Assembly (NCBI GenBank): GCA_013239625.1
Contig: MU054323.1
Span: 13,065,950 to 13,129,949, forward strand
DNA: 64,000 nt
Reading direction: 5' to 3'
Source of the DNA: Lama guanicoe
Taxonomy: Eukaryota
The position numbers and the translations under genes were made by a program. Each line of letters starts with the position of its first letter. The stretch's first letter is position 1. Positions 38,451 through 52,589 of this stretch are shown here, piece after piece. The notes beneath the pieces were generated by a model that was not told the DNA's origin, did not search any database, and was given only the letters and a program-made list of their open reading frames with translations.

Positions 38451-41369
38451 AGAGTAGCGATCTGAGTTAATCTATTGCAAAGAGCTTTTGTTCTGAGAAA
38501 TTAGAAGGCTAATATTTGGAGGATAAACCTGAAGTTCCCGGTGCTGCCAACAGCTCATCTCGCAGCTCAGTAAGGATACTCTGGGTCCCTGGAGAGGTTC
38601 ATGTGTTCTTTCCCTTCTCATTTATATCTAATGAGAAGTCTTAGGAAAACCTCCTTGTTGGGTTGGGGACTCATCCAACCAAGTGACCAGGAAGCCTCAG
38701 GGATCTGCAGGCTAGCTTGGGGCGGTTTCCCCTGTGTCTGCCCCTTGGCACCCTGACGGGACACCTGTGCTCTGGGCTGTGCCTCCGGTTCCTGCCCTTT
38801 GTCTCTTTGTCTCCAGCCCCGTAGTTAAAACTCGTCCCCTGTCGCTTCATTCTGCTCGGAAGTTTCATTTGGGCATTCTTAGGCTCTCACAAACATGTAC
38901 TTTTAGAGGACTGATGAGTGTATTCAGAGGTTAAATTGGCCTTTGTATGTTATAATCCCACCCTTCTCTTTCAGGGATTGATAAGAGAAGATTGAAGTGC
39001 TGTTGGTGATTACATGGGGGAGGAGAAGGGGGGTAGTAATTTGGGGGTAGGAAAAGGGCAGTCACATGGTTGTTTTTTCTACTCCAGTGGCATCTGAGGG
39101 GACAAACAGAACTGCTCTTACAAGGAAGAGCTGAAGCCCCATTGATATGTGTTATTGATACGTATTTTCTAAACCATTAATACTCCTGAATTAGTATAGC
39201 TATGTAGCTATAAATGAAAAAAATAATATTGTATCTGGTTTGAGTGTGCCGCTTCTTGGGTCTAAGCTCATCATCTTTAATGCTGTTGTAGACTCTTGCC
39301 TTGCAACAACCACCTGTAACTTGGCAGCCTGAAGAACACTGCCAAATACCTCAGGACACCAAGTAAAACATCTTTTCTTGCCAAAATCAGGATCAAGTGT
39401 ATTTTTGGCTGACCAGTTCTAATCTCAGACTTGTCTAAATCATTGAGAAATTACATGTTATGTTTGTGGGGGGCTATAATAGTATAATCATAGGCAATTA
39501 AATTAAATTGAGTGAGTGAATGAAAGTTATTTTATTTTTTTGGCCCTGTATTATTTCTGTTTCAGGAATCTGAGTTGGAATTTGATAACCATGAGTTGAA
39601 GATGTCAGTGTCAAATATGGGGTGATAATGGGTTTTGGAAAGGCATGTCCCGGGCCAAGGGAAGGCTGATAATAGTTGCTTAAAGCTGAGGTTTTAGATA
39701 GGAAAGCTTGACTTCATGTATCATTTACATTTGGGACTGAAAACAAGATGAGGAAGGACACTAGGTCTGTAAGAATCCTGGAGTGTAGGGTAGGAAGGAA
39801 GGAGGGAGCAGAGCTGATGGAGCAGGTTTTGGAGTCTGAGAATGGTTGGCAAGAGCCAAGTACAGCAGAGGGTGGTGTGGTGGGTATGGGACGACAGAGA
39901 CGCATAGAGGCTGTTGACCTGAAGAAAAGGAGCAGGGTTTACTTGAGGGATGAGCTTTGGTTTTGTGATCATGGGGACTTAATACAAGGAGGTGGGTATC
40001 AGTGGTTAGTGAGGATCTGCAGGCTGTGGAAGGAAGCCTGTCAGTTAGAAGGAACTCACAGGGGAGCCGAGGGTAGGTGTGGACCCAGGTGTTTGGAGTG
40101 GTTGGTGCTGTGGACTTCAGCTCCAGAGAGACCTTCTCCCAGCACAGTGAGGAGTAAAGCCCTTTCCTTGCTGTTAAGATGCTCCTTGTTCAGCGGAAGG
40201 CACGTACGGATGCAGGGAAGAGTATATCATTGTGGTAAAAGTAGTGGGAGCAGTTTTGCTACAGGTGCTTTGAGAGTTGGAAAAAGTGATTTCCCATATC
40301 CTGTTCCATCAGACCCAAACCCATGTCAAGCCTTCTGTAATATGGGCCCATCTACCACTTGCTCAATCTTATTTTTCATTCCTTTCAGCCCATGTTCCCC
40401 TCTCTTCCTGAGACAGTCTTCTCACTGGCTGTTACCTCCTACCCACTCCACCCCCATCCCTCGCATTCTTTTTCAGTTCCTCATGTCACTTATATTCCCT
40501 TCACCTCCCCGTGTCAAATCCCCCTTGGGTACGATTCAATTCCTAAGAGCCTCCCCTGAGCTTTCACAATAGCCAACACTTATTGCGAGCAAACAGTGTT
40601 TACAACACAGCTGGCGTGTTACATGCATGATCTCATAACACGGGTGATGTTCAAATCATTACTGTACAGCACAGGCACAGAGCAGTTAGAATAGAGCCAG
40701 CCTGGGGCAGGCGGGGTCCCAAAGTCATCTGCTGTCCTGGAGGTTCTTCCTTGTGTGAATTACGGGGAGGTCTGGGGAGGGTTCTTGGGGGGATCGGCAC
40801 TTGGGAGGTTTGGGACCGCACCTGTGTGCCATCTGTTGTGGGAGAATTTCTGCAGTTTTATGATGGTAACACCATACTGATACCTAACAGTTGACTGTCT
40901 GGCTACCTTATCATCAATACCCTCTTTTTACAGATCAGGAAAATTTCTTTTAGAAACATCAAATAACCTGCAAAAGTGACAGATTGGAAGTCAGGATCAG
41001 ACCTTGAACCCAAGCCTGTCTGATCCCAAAGAGTGAGGAAGAGCTCTTGACTACCGCATCTCTTAACACAGCTGGTGGTCAGTCATTTATAGTCTTGTGT
41101 TCACCATTTCCCCTGGTCAAGCCTGTTTCTCTAGCTGGATGGCTTTCTGAAGACAGGGACCACATCGTTCCCATTGTCTGTATTCTCAGTGCCTTGACTA
41201 GAATGGAGCACATGGTAAATATCATTCATTCTTCTATTTATTCAGCAAACACTCAGTGTACACCGGTGTACCAAGCTTTGTGTTAAGAAGTAAACAGGTG
41301 ATAAAGGTCTATAAGACAGGATAGTTGCCCTCAAGTAACTCACAATTTACTGGAAGACATGTATATGTA

Positions 41370-41670
41370 CAGTCATCCCTTGGTCTTCCTGGGGGATTGG
41401 TTCCAGGACCCCCATGGATACCAAAAATCTATGGGTGCTCAAGTCCCTCATGTAAAACGGTGCAGTAGAGGGGGTGGGGGATATATTTCAGTGGTAGAGT
41501 GTGTGCTTGGTGTGCCTGAGGTCCTGGATTCAAACTCCACTGCCTTTGTTTAAGGGGGAAAGAAGAAAAGAAAAATAAAATAAAATGATGTGGTACAGTC
41601 GGCTCTGCTGATCAATCGCTAGTTGTTAGAAACCACAGTTGTGGAACCTTGGGATACGGAGGGCTGATGG
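41370..41670. mobile_element. MER2/Tigger2-like Tc1-mariner MITE interrupted by a SINE
   Basis: ta|cagtcatcccttgg...ggattggttccaggacccc and gggatacggagggctgatgg|ta, giving degenerate terminal inverted repeats with TA target duplication. Confidence 0.8.
41468..41580 (+). mobile_element. tRNA-derived SINE (Vic-1-like, older copy)
   Basis: tcagtggtagagtgtgtgcttgg...gaggtcctggattcaaactcc followed by an A-rich tail. Confidence 0.8.
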
Positions 41671-44600
41671 TATACACAAGCTGCAGAAATATTTATAATG
41701 CAGTGTGATAAATACAATGATAGAAATTTGTACCAGGCACATCTGTTTGCGTCTTTTTGAATAGGTCAGTTGGATGAGGGTCATTTGGTAAGTATATGTT
41801 GAGTTTTGTAAGAAGCTGACAGACTGCTTTCCAGTGACTCTGCAGTTTTGTGTCCCCGACGGCAGTGTGAGTTCCAGTAGCTCTACATCCTCACCAGCAC
41901 TTGGTAGTGTCGGTTTTAATTTGTGACTTACAAATAAGTGTATAGTGATCACTCATGGTGGTTTTATGTGAATTTTCCCAAAGATGAATAATGTTGAGCA
42001 TTTGTTCATATGCTTAGTTGCCATCCATATATCTTCTTTGGTAAAGTGTCTGTTTTGATCTTTCATCCATGTTTTTCATTGAGCTGTTGGCTTTCTTATT
42101 GATATGACTGATTTTTAGCAGAACTTCCTTTTCAAGTATTTGGTGATTAGGTTTTCAGTGCCTTTGATACAGTTCATAAAGTAATTCAAAGAAGATGCTC
42201 TAGGAGTGGTTGCCAAGGAAAGCTGAAATGGACTTTGATCCTGACTGGAACAAGAATGGTGAGGGTGAGATTTAATGTGTGTTTTTCCTCAGTGTGGTTT
42301 TGAAACAAGACGACAGAGAAAAGGAAGAGATAGAAAAAAAGCCAGAAAGCATAGGAGGGACTTTGATCTCGAGTCTAAAAAAGAAAACAGAGGTGCGTTC
42401 TGTTGCCAGGGGAAGCTAGGAGGGTTAGAAATGCTACGGGGATGGTTGACTCTTGACGAGAAAAGCAATTGCACGACAACAAGAAGAGATGCAGGGAGGT
42501 CGTTGGATGCTCATCCTTGTCAGCCCAGAACTGGACGAGGGGAGACCAGTGGGAGGTTGCTGCCACTGGGCAGGGAGATCAGAGTATTTTTGTAACCCTA
42601 GAGTCATCTAAGCAGGTACTGAACCCTTTGAGGAAGGGTAAGAATACCTTAATCTATGCCCAGATATTAACCAGATGTATGTCATTTCAACATCTATATT
42701 AATTTTTCCCTTAAAACATACCAATTTATTTTTTGGCTTACTGTGTGAAAACTTCTGGGAAGGAGCCTATACAGCTAAAATTCCTTTGACTTGCAGGCCC
42801 TGTGACACTGTAAAAACCCAACCAGGTTTCTTTGACTTTTACTGGGGTTGGAGGCCTTTGGGGCATCTGACCACCTGCTTCCCCCACCCTTGGCATTGTC
42901 GGCACACTTCTTGTATATGAGTGTTTTTATGGGGATGGTTACATAGCTTTCCTCAGCCTCAAAGAGGCCTCTAATCCCCAGATGGCTGTGAGCACTGCCC
43001 TAGAGGGCGTGCTTGGCAAATTCACTCCAGTGATGGCACAGCAAACATTCCGTGTCTCAGCTTGAAAGCATTATGGCAGGAAGTCCTGCGTCAGATGAAA
43101 TTAGGTGTACATTCAAGTAGTGGGATGGAGCCCAGAGCCTTTTCAGCTCTTGTATAGGCAGCTTTGATTCTCTTCCTGATGTAATTAACAGTTGGCCAAG
43201 AAAACTTTTTCTAACGTACCAAAAGAAGTACCCCAGATCATGTGTGTTCCTGATTATGTAGCTATAATTGCAAAAATGATGTTTTTGTGTTTAATAAAAA
43301 ATCAACCCAACTTACAGGGTGAGCCTGATTTATGCACTGTACCACACTATACATTGGAGAAGACATAACAGTGTAAAATAGGATCTTTTTGAGGAGACAA
43401 GGGCTCTACATGCAGAGTGCGAAGCCTGAGGGAGAGTGGATTGGGCTGGGTCGTGGGTTTTGGCTGTGGAAGGATGGGCAGCAGTCAAGAGGCTGGAAGT
43501 AGAGGAAATGACATTTTAGTTGAGGGGGAAATCTGTAAGCACTTGCTCAGGGGAGGGCATTGAAGGAGAAATTGGGCTGAGCATGCTTTACGTGGAGTAT
43601 AGCTATTAGGGGAATAGATGTAAATGAAGCTGAGAAGACAATGTAAGTGAAATGAGACATTTTGGTAAAACCTGGAGGGTCAGGTGTGTTGTAGAGAAGA
43701 GAAGGGGTTGAGGGTCAGGTGATTCTGATTCAGACTCTGTTCACAGTATAGATTTATGCTCTGTTTTTTAGAAGATCTTTTAAAATTTCAAAGGAAAAAC
43801 TGCTTGGACCTCTTATTAAACAGTGTTGTTAAAGGAAAGAACTTATAAAGAATTCTATATGGGATGAACCGTGATTGTAAATTAAGAGCCATAGTGTTGC
43901 TACCTGGCACCATTTTGGAGTAGTGGATTCCAGAGGTCTGTTGTAAAGAGAACAGAAGGGCTGTCCGGAATTCAGAAGCTGCTGAGCATTTCAGGTAGAG
44001 AATTGTCTTCACGGAAAGAGATTAAGAGCATTTATTAAGTGCAAGGAGGTGTATGGCCGAAATTGAGCTTGTTCTGTAGAGATCAGCCAAGTTCTGGCAG
44101 CAAAGACAGAACCATGAAGGAATTCAGAAAGTGCAGGCAGATGCTCTGAATTTCTCCTGGAGAACAGTGTTGGTGGCTTCTACTATGAGAGGAAAACAAG
44201 CCGGGTTGGAGGTGGTTGCAACAGTTCAGTGTTGACCTGGCACATTGATATCTACGGCAGCTCTTTCCATGTTGAGGTGCTCATACCCCAGACGTGTGTA
44301 AGACCTTGCACTAGGATGCAAGGGGGAAAAGTAGACATTCTACCTATACATACTTCTATCTGAAAATAGGAATTAAACTTGACTGATAGTCAGTATACAG
44401 ACTGACCCTGGTGCCTTCATGTGGTCCGGGTGCCAGAAGGTCAGCAGCAGGGTTTACAGCCCCAGCATCTCAAGGGAAGGGTACACATTCTGCCCACAGA
44501 GGGCTGACTCTGTTGATAGAAGTTGATCTCTACCCAGTTGAAAAGATTGACAGTTTTTTTGGCCATTTAAGATAATAGATGTTAGTGTACTTCATCATGA

Positions 44601-45919
44601 CATGGGAAGTGATCCGTATAATCTTTTGTACCACCAATGCTACCTGAGCCAATTACTTAAAGGGGAGTTGTTGAATGTGGATTAAGAATTTTTCTTGAAG
44701 AGACAGACATTGTGAAATCAATGAGCCGTTTACATGATATGTGGCTATTATTGCCCTGCAGATGCTTAAAAAATATACATAATCTGTCATTTACCAAGTA
44801 GGTGATAATGAGTAAGAAAGTCATGTTTTTCTTTTAATAATCTTGTGCTAAAGAGAACATTTGTGAAGTAAGTATATGGACATACTTCCACTGTTACATA
44901 ATTTTCGTTGCTGAAAACGGTACTTGTGCCTGTATATACACTCATATACTTAAATCCTGGAAACAAACAAAAATCTTACAAATAAAGGCTTTCAAACTGA
45001 ATTAAAACATCTTCCAATTAGTTGGCAAGCCCAACTGACTGACAGGTAAAAAGGAAAGTTTATTACTTTTAGTCTTTGAAAAAAAGCCTTTGAGTAATTA
45101 GTGTATGAGACCAAAACCTGAGTACTTGGTAAGCACGTTTTTTCTTTTTGGGTCTGTGTCCTTGTCAGGTGTGTGTTAGCTGGATCAGACATGAAAGCTA
45201 AATACTGAAATAAACTCAACTTTGACATTTGAGTTGATCTATCAGAAAGTATTAAATGAAGATTTTTTTTTTAGAAAAAGAATGAAGTGCACTGTTCTGT
45301 TGTAGGCACTGAAATGTTTTCAGTGAGAACAAAAGATTAATAAACAAAGCAAAATTATTACGTTCTTAAGTTCAGCTTTCTAAATTTCTACTTGAGTGTA
45401 TGATATACATTAATGCAGCGGAACATGTATATAATTTGTAAATGAACATATTTTGGGGATTAGGCTAAACGTTTTCATTTTTCCCCGATGATGTATATGA
45501 TCATGAAAGCTGGGAGGCTATTGACCTACAGAAGGAAATGCACTGGGAACTTTTTTTTTTTTTTAACAAAATCATCGTGGCCTCTGAGAGATTGAAAAAT
45601 CCCTGAAATATCCCTCAGTCTTTTCCACACTGGAAAGGTGGGAGCAGTGATGGAGGAGGGGGGAAGAGGAGGCAGAGAGGGTAGTGGCCCGCAGACACAG
45701 ACGAGTGGGGGCCCTGCTCATCTGGGAGCTGTGGGCTGGGCTATGGAGAAGCAGGGTTGGGGTGGGGGGATTCTGCTGAAGGAGGCAGGACTGTTCCTGC
45801 TGGTGAGGCTCTGGGAGCCTAGAGGGAAGGAGAGAAAGCCTTGTGGAGGTTCTGCCTGGCCCGTTACAGTTTCCATCTCCAGTAGTGACAGTTTTGATAA
45901 TGAATTCTGCCTTCGAAAT

Positions 45920-46180
45920 AGCACTGTCCGGTAGTAATACAACGTGAGCCCCATGGGCCATTGTAAGTTTTGTAGCAGCCATATTAAAAAGTAAAAACAG
46001 GTGAAATTGTTCAATAGTACACTTGATTAACTAAACATAGCTAAAGCTTTATTTCATGTAATTGATATAAAATGAGATCTCACAGTTACTGTCCTATGCT
46101 GAGTCTTGAGAAGCAGAGTGTAGGTGATACTTGCATCTCAGTTTGGACCAGCCCCATGCCCAGTGCTCGTTAGACAGCGT
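45920..46180. mobile_element. MER33-like hAT MITE
   Basis: gcactgtcc...tagcagccatattaaaaagtaaaaacaggtgaaatt...catctcagtttggaccagcc...agtgctc...gacagcg. Confidence 0.7.
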
Positions 46181-48114
46181 TAGTGTAGCTTTAAAACAAG
46201 CTCAATCAGAAACCTCTCTGCAAAGCTAGAAGGAGGGTGGTGATTCTCTAACCAATGGGTTTGTGTGTCTGGCTTGCTTAAAGATTCTCTCCTACCCCAT
46301 TTAAAAAAAAATTGGAGTCCTATATATTTTAAAAGAATACATAATCGTTAGCTGACTTGCACTTTTTTGATAGCCAGCCTGTAGGTCAGTTGTGTACTGT
46401 TTCTGGAGTCTCATTTTTTTTGCAGATGGAGAAAGACTGAGATGCTGCTGCTTAACTTTTGCCAGCCACTGAGAGAACAGAAGTTATTTTACTTATAAGA
46501 TCATACAGATAATCTCTTAACCTGTATTGTCACCTGAATGTCCTAAAAGTGGGGTACAAGAGTGTTGGTCTAGGGGAAAAGTTCTGGACTTAGAACACTT
46601 GGGGTCAGGTTTCTCCTTGGCTTCATCCTGGCTTTATAATCTGAGTAGGTTATTGAACTTCTTGACAAGACTTCTTCAGCGAGACCAGCAGGGCCACTCT
46701 CTGTTCAGTGACTGAAGGCAGGGAAAGTGCTCTGAAAGCAGGTACGTGGCCGCTTTCATCCTGACAGGGGCCGTCCTGCCTTTGCTGAAACTGGGAATTC
46801 TCTAGCTGGACCTGTGTCAGTGTCAGCATTGCCTCCCAGGTGGGTTTGGGGTCTGAAGGCTCACTTGCTCTTGGGGCTGCTCCTGGGTTCCCGAAGCCGG
46901 AGTTGCCAAGTTGTGTGAACTGTGTGGCGGCTGTGGGTCGGCAGCTTTGGTGTCCTGGCGGTGTGTGGTGAGCCGGGGGGTGCTGGTGATTCCTAACCCA
47001 AAGCCGGATGGTTTCTGCGCCCACACCCTGTTCATTCTCCTAGGCTTGCAGGCATCTCAGCCCGAGCCAGCCTCTTGTCTCTCCCCCGGAAGTGTCGAAC
47101 CCAAAGATGTGGGCACGTCTTCCTTTCCTTTCTAAATGAGTACAGTCCCTTGAAGTTTTATTTGAATAGTTAGGTTTGCACAAGCTGTTTGAATTTTAAA
47201 CAGATGTGTGTGAAGCTGGGAGTCAGCTGTGTGTCTCTTAGTCAGATTTTCCGGTTGTTGACTTACGGGGGGACAGCCAGGTCTCATACCTGTGCCTTGG
47301 GTGGACGAGCTGGTGCAGACTTCCACATGCTCTTCTGTCCAGAGCCGTGGAACTTCAGGACCAGGGCGGTTTTCTGGCTGTCCACTGGAAGGCCATGTCA
47401 TATGACCATTGTTACGGGAAATAACCATGAGCTCTTGTAATCTAAATTTTACTGATAACCAAATATATGCATGTGTGGTATTTGGAAAACTTCACGGAAG
47501 AACTTTTCCGTGGTGCACTGATTCTTGGAAAGAGGGGTGTCCAGTCATGTTCACTTGTGAATAAATTTTAATGTTTATGTCTAGCTAAGATAAATTCAGT
47601 TTCCCTAAACACATTTAAACCTTTTTCATCCAAAAGTGAATGGGAAAATACTGGACAAAACAAACTCCTTCATTGAAATCTCAGAGAAATACATTTTAAA
47701 AAACTCAAAACTGTCAATGTCTCGGGAGCCAAGATACAGGAGAAAGCAGCAACTGAGATGTGAAGGGAAATTGGTTTATTGAGGAGACTTTACAATAAAT
47801 GGTTTTATTTTTTCCTAACAGCCATCTTGGATTGTACTTTTGTTAAAATCCACATCTTGGCCATGATATCTTCATGGTTTGGGGTTACGTTCAGGGTTGA
47901 AGCTCCAGTTGCAAACTGGAGTAAGTTTCCCTCTTTCCTGATCTGAGACCTGGCCTAGAGGGAATGGCAGGAGGAAGTGGTACATGGTCTACTTCCAGTC
48001 TTCTGAGGTTTGGGGCAGGGAGGAGGGATGTCAAGACAGATGTCCACTGGTGGTAACTATGGGCAACCCCCTTTGGTAGGATGCTAGCAAGGAAGCTCAA
48101 GCTATCTTCATACT

Positions 48115-48610
48115 AGGTAGAATAGACCAAGTTATGCTGTGGTAACAAATATGATCACAGTAGCTTAACACGTTCATGTCCCAGTCCCGTGTGGCACTTG
48201 TGGCCCACCGTGCTGACTCTTCTCCAGAGGTGAGTCAAAGGCCCAGTTGCTTCTGTTTGCAGCGCCTTGTCTTCTGGTTCTTCCCTTTGAATGCAGAGTT
48301 CAGGAGAGATGGCTCAGACTCACACCCACTTTTTTTTTTCTTCTGGTAACAGCTTTTTAAAGATAGTATTAACATGCCATGTAATTCACCCATTTAAAGT
48401 GTACTAACTCACTGGTTTTAGTGCATTGAATTGCTCCATACCCACTCTCACTTGCCTGTAGTGAGAAGTAGAAAGTGTCTTCCACGCACATTGCCACTGG
48501 GGGAAGTTAGTTACAAGGTCCTAACGTAGCTTCAAGGAAGGCTGGGAAATGTACCCCTCTGGATGCCCAGGAAGAAGAAAACACTGGGGCCAACCCAAGA
48601 TGTTGTCACT
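48115..48610 (-). mobile_element. Old MLT1-type LTR containing a short L1 3'-end fragment at about 48331-48435
   Basis: gttatgctgtggtaacaaa start and caaggaaggctgggaaatgta near the end. Internal T-tract plus aattcacccatttaaagtgtac, flanked by cacacccact / catacccact. Confidence 0.6.
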
Positions 48611-49329
48611 GCCCCACTCATTTTCTGTAATGTCCACTTAGCTCACGGAAGGTCACTCTTCTTTGCCCTACCGTTGCTGGAAGTGCAGGCTGTTCTCCGA
48701 CAGCTCTCTGCTCCATTCTGCTGGGTTGCTCTAGTTCTCTTCCCCGTGCAGACAGGCTGGGAAAGGGGGCACGTCACTCAGTGCACCGCCTGCACATGTC
48801 TGACTAGGGCGCAGATGCCAGTCTCCTTGGGTCGTGGGAAATTTCCAGTTCCGCAAGAGGTTCAGTGGCAGTGTTCTCCCTTGTTGACTCTTCAGGAAGA
48901 TAATTTGCCCACAAGGTCATGGACTCGACTGGTTTTTGTTTTTTTTTTTTTCCTGGATTCTTTTTCTTTCTTTTTTATTTTTTTTGTGGATTCTTTTTCC
49001 AGTCCTCTTCTTTATAGTGCAGGCCTGAAGGTAAAAGGTGAGGAAGTCCAAGTACCTAATGGATACCTCTTGCACCGGGGAGAGTTTTATGGAAAATGGG
49101 AGGATTTTCTTTATAATTCCACAAAATCATGAGTTATTATGTTATGAAATAGTGTTTTAAAATTAGGAATGTATCTCTTAGACTTTTGGGAACATCTACA
49201 AGGTGTTAGTGTTTATTTTATTAAACGTATTTCAGAATTCCTTGGATTATTGTCATATTTTAATTGAGTGAGTTAATGTGGAGTCTGTCACCATGTAGTG
49301 CAGTTGACTCGAAATGTTTTTTAAAAATC

Positions 49330-50140
49330 TTGATTTGTTATATGAATACTTTATTTGGAGTAATTTTAGTTTTACAGAAAAGTTGTAAAGCTGATACGAG
49401 GAATTCCCATCTCTAACCCACTTTCTCCTAGTGTTACCTTTTGTGTAACGATGGCACATTTGTCAGAACTAAGACGTTCCCTTCGGTAGAGTGTTGAGGA
49501 CCACAGGCTTTATTCCGATTTGTGCTAGTTTTTCCATGAATGTCCCTTTTCTGTTCCAGGATCCAAACCAAGGTACCATTGTCTTTCAGTTGTCACATCT
49601 CCTTAATCCTGTATAACCTGACAGGTTTTCAGTCTTCCTTGACACTTTTGAAAGTATTTTTGTAGGATGTCTCTTATTTTGGGTTTATCAATGCTTTCTT
49701 GTGATTAGACTGGGCTCATGGATTTGGGAGAAGAATACTGCCAAGGTGAAGTGCCTTTTTTACCACATCATACGAGGGGTATGTGTCAGGAACATGAATT
49801 ATCACTGGTGATATCTACCTTGATCCCGTGGTTAAGGTAATGTCTGCCAGATTCGTCCACTGTTAATATTTTCACATTTCATACTTGATGCTTTGGAAGC
49901 AAATCACTAAATACCATCCACATTCAGGGGGAGGGAATTAAGCTCTGCCTATGTGGGGGGAGGGAACAGGGACGTATCTTCATACATTATTTGTAATTCT
50001 TCAAGGATTTGTCCCTTCTCCCCTACTTATTCAGTCATTTATTTATATTAATTTAGCCTCATTTTATTCTTAAGGTTATATGATCGCTATTTTGTTCAAT
50101 TATTCCGCCTTTGACCATTGGGAGCTCTTTCAGCTTGATT
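49330..50140 (-). mobile_element. L1MC/MD-type 3'UTR fragment
   Basis: taattttagttttacagaaaagttgtaaag...tttttctgttccaggatccaa...aaggtgaagtgcc...atcactggtgat. Confidence 0.7.
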
Positions 50141-52567
50141 CTCAGTAAAAAGTTGGATACCTAGAAGTGTCTGTGTCTTTGGTTTCCAGTTACTCTTCCC
50201 TGGATAAATAGGGGCTTCTCCACTTCCTCAGAGTGGTAACTGGTAAATGAGAAGTGTTTCATGGTCTTCCTGAAGTTCTTGTAGACCAGTAATAACTATC
50301 TATAAGGAAGTATATAGAAAGTTACCAATGTTTATGAAAGTAATAAGCATTTAGTAATGAAATTATATTTAGCATTAAAAGCTATTGTTTCAAAGAGACT
50401 AATTCCTGCAAAAGGCTATTGATTATAGAGTCTTAGAGGCTTAGAGGAAATTAGAAGTGAATTTGACCTACCTCTTTTGCAGATGAGAAACTAAAGCTTC
50501 CGCAGTGTAAGTGATTTGCCTGAGCAAAGCCAGGACGAAAATAACTTGAATGACTTTTAAACCTAGTTCTTCCCACTGAATCAAGCTTTTTTTTTTCCCT
50601 TTCCTTTTTGGAAAAATAAATGTTCTGGAATATTTCTAGATATGGAATCATATATAACAGCTCTGTAATAAATATGCAAGAAGATTCATTTCATTTCATG
50701 TATTCCAAAGTTGATAGTTTGTGTTAATAATAGCACATTAAGAAACAATTTTTATTGAGTTTCATATTTTGGTTTTTAACACAGAAAAGCAGTATCAAGT
50801 TTTTTGGTTACACTTTCGATTCCAGAAACTGTTTAACTGGTACTAATTCAATTGTTCCTATTTTTATTTTATTCTGGGTATGTCAGTTTAGTATAAATGA
50901 AGCAGGAGAAAAAGCATTTCCTTTTAAGCTTAGAAGGTGCCGTGACACGCATGCACTGAAGTGACAGTGCTTCAAGTAGAAGATGAAAAGTGTGTAGTGC
51001 CAACTTGTGAATTTTACCTGTGGTTTACACAAATGCAGGCGTTTTTCTTTTCATGGACATGTGCATCCAAGGTCTCTTTGCATTATCCTTTCAAGTGATC
51101 TTCATTAAATGAAGTTTGCCTTTCAGGAGCAGGACAGTGTAGATTTTGTCTTTATAAGGCGGTATTAGGTAGAACAGTGTTTAAGGGACGTTTTGCCTGT
51201 ACGTGTAACAAACTATACCATTATGTTGATGGATTTCCTACTTTGTGTCCCATTAAGTATAAAATGTGACCATATATTTTGGATTCCAGGGTCTTTTCTG
51301 GTTTGTTGAGCACACTGGTGCTTAAGATGATTTAAATTAGTTTTAATGTACTTGGGTAACCAAGCATACAGTGCTTTGAAGCCACTAGTGGAGAGAAAGA
51401 GGAGAGCTATTTCAGCCTTCCCCCGTAATGAGACCTATAAATCAAAAGAATGAACATGGAAACTTCAAGTGAGCCTTGGGATCTGATTTCAGACACCTTA
51501 AAGGGACTCCTTTTTTGGTTCAGACTTGCTAGGTCCGTGGTGCCGAGTATAACGGCTGAACTGACACACTGAGATGGAAGACAGAGAAGCTCTATAGGAC
51601 TAAAAATGCTGAGCCAAAGACTCACTCTTAGCCTTCGGATTTGAGAGGTTTGTGGTTAGGAAGTCTGGGTCTAAAGAGGTGGGAAATGTACAGGGATATG
51701 TTCAGTTAGGGGTGTACATGTGTTCATATACCAACTATGTTACGTAAGGAAATCATACGATGATTTTGCAGGCAGGGGTGAAGGTTTTCCATTCAGCTTT
51801 ACAGTGGGCTTTTGAAACTAACTTTGGAGCAGTAAAATGAGAGCATAAAAGCTTTCTGACTGAGACAGAGGAAAGTGGCGTGAATTTCTGAAAATAAATC
51901 AGACACACCCCTGAGAAATGGAGAGATGCCTTCTAGACTTCAGATATGTCTAGGACAAGTATGAAGATGGTCTATTCCTAGACTTCTGGCAGGGAGACTG
52001 GCCTTTCATTCAGTTCTTTAAAAAAGGAAATAGGCAAGAGAAGTTTGGAATAAGAAATCCAAGTTCATCTAGGTGTTGGTTCAGGCAATGTCAGAAATTC
52101 CTCCTAGCTCCTCCCTTGCAAGCTGACTTTGGACTGTGCACATAGGCCTATTTTTAAACTGTAGGCTCCGTTTCACTCCCACAAGCTTTACACTTCTTCT
52201 GTTCAGGTGCTAAAACCAGGGATTATTTATGTTAGTTTACAGGCTGGTGCATGATGGGATGAGAATTTCTGAAGTTGTTAGAAGCGGATGAGAGGAAATA
52301 AAGGTGGAGAGGCTAAATGACAGTGGTAAAAGGGATCTCTTTCCTAACTCCTCCCTCTTAAAAGTCACTGGAGTCCTAGGACACACAGAGGTCTGTAATT
52401 CTAGTATCTGTAGGAATAAATGCACTCAGGATAGGTTTCTGTGGATTTCAGTTATGGGTTGCTTTTGGTTCTTGTTGGGAATAATTTAAGCCCGAAGTGT
52501 AATGACGATTATTTTTCCATTAAGGTTTACATTTTAACTTGGACTGTGTGTAAACACCTTGAGGATA

Positions 52568-52589
52568 TGTGTGTGTGTGTGTGTGTGTG
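52568..52589 (+). repeat. (TG)11 microsatellite
   Basis: Direct reading. Confidence 0.95.

Noticed and set aside
39748..40572. 274 aa ORF, the longest in the track
   Set aside because: No recognisable domain. It crosses purine-rich then pyrimidine-rich, probably repeat-derived sequence, and is best explained as a chance ORF.
47488..47507. Small hairpin cacggaa-gaactt-ttccgtg
   Set aside because: A 7 bp stem is expected by chance in 64 kb.
48563..49132. 189 aa ORF
   Set aside because: Low-complexity Phe runs come from T-tracts, and there is no recognisable homology.
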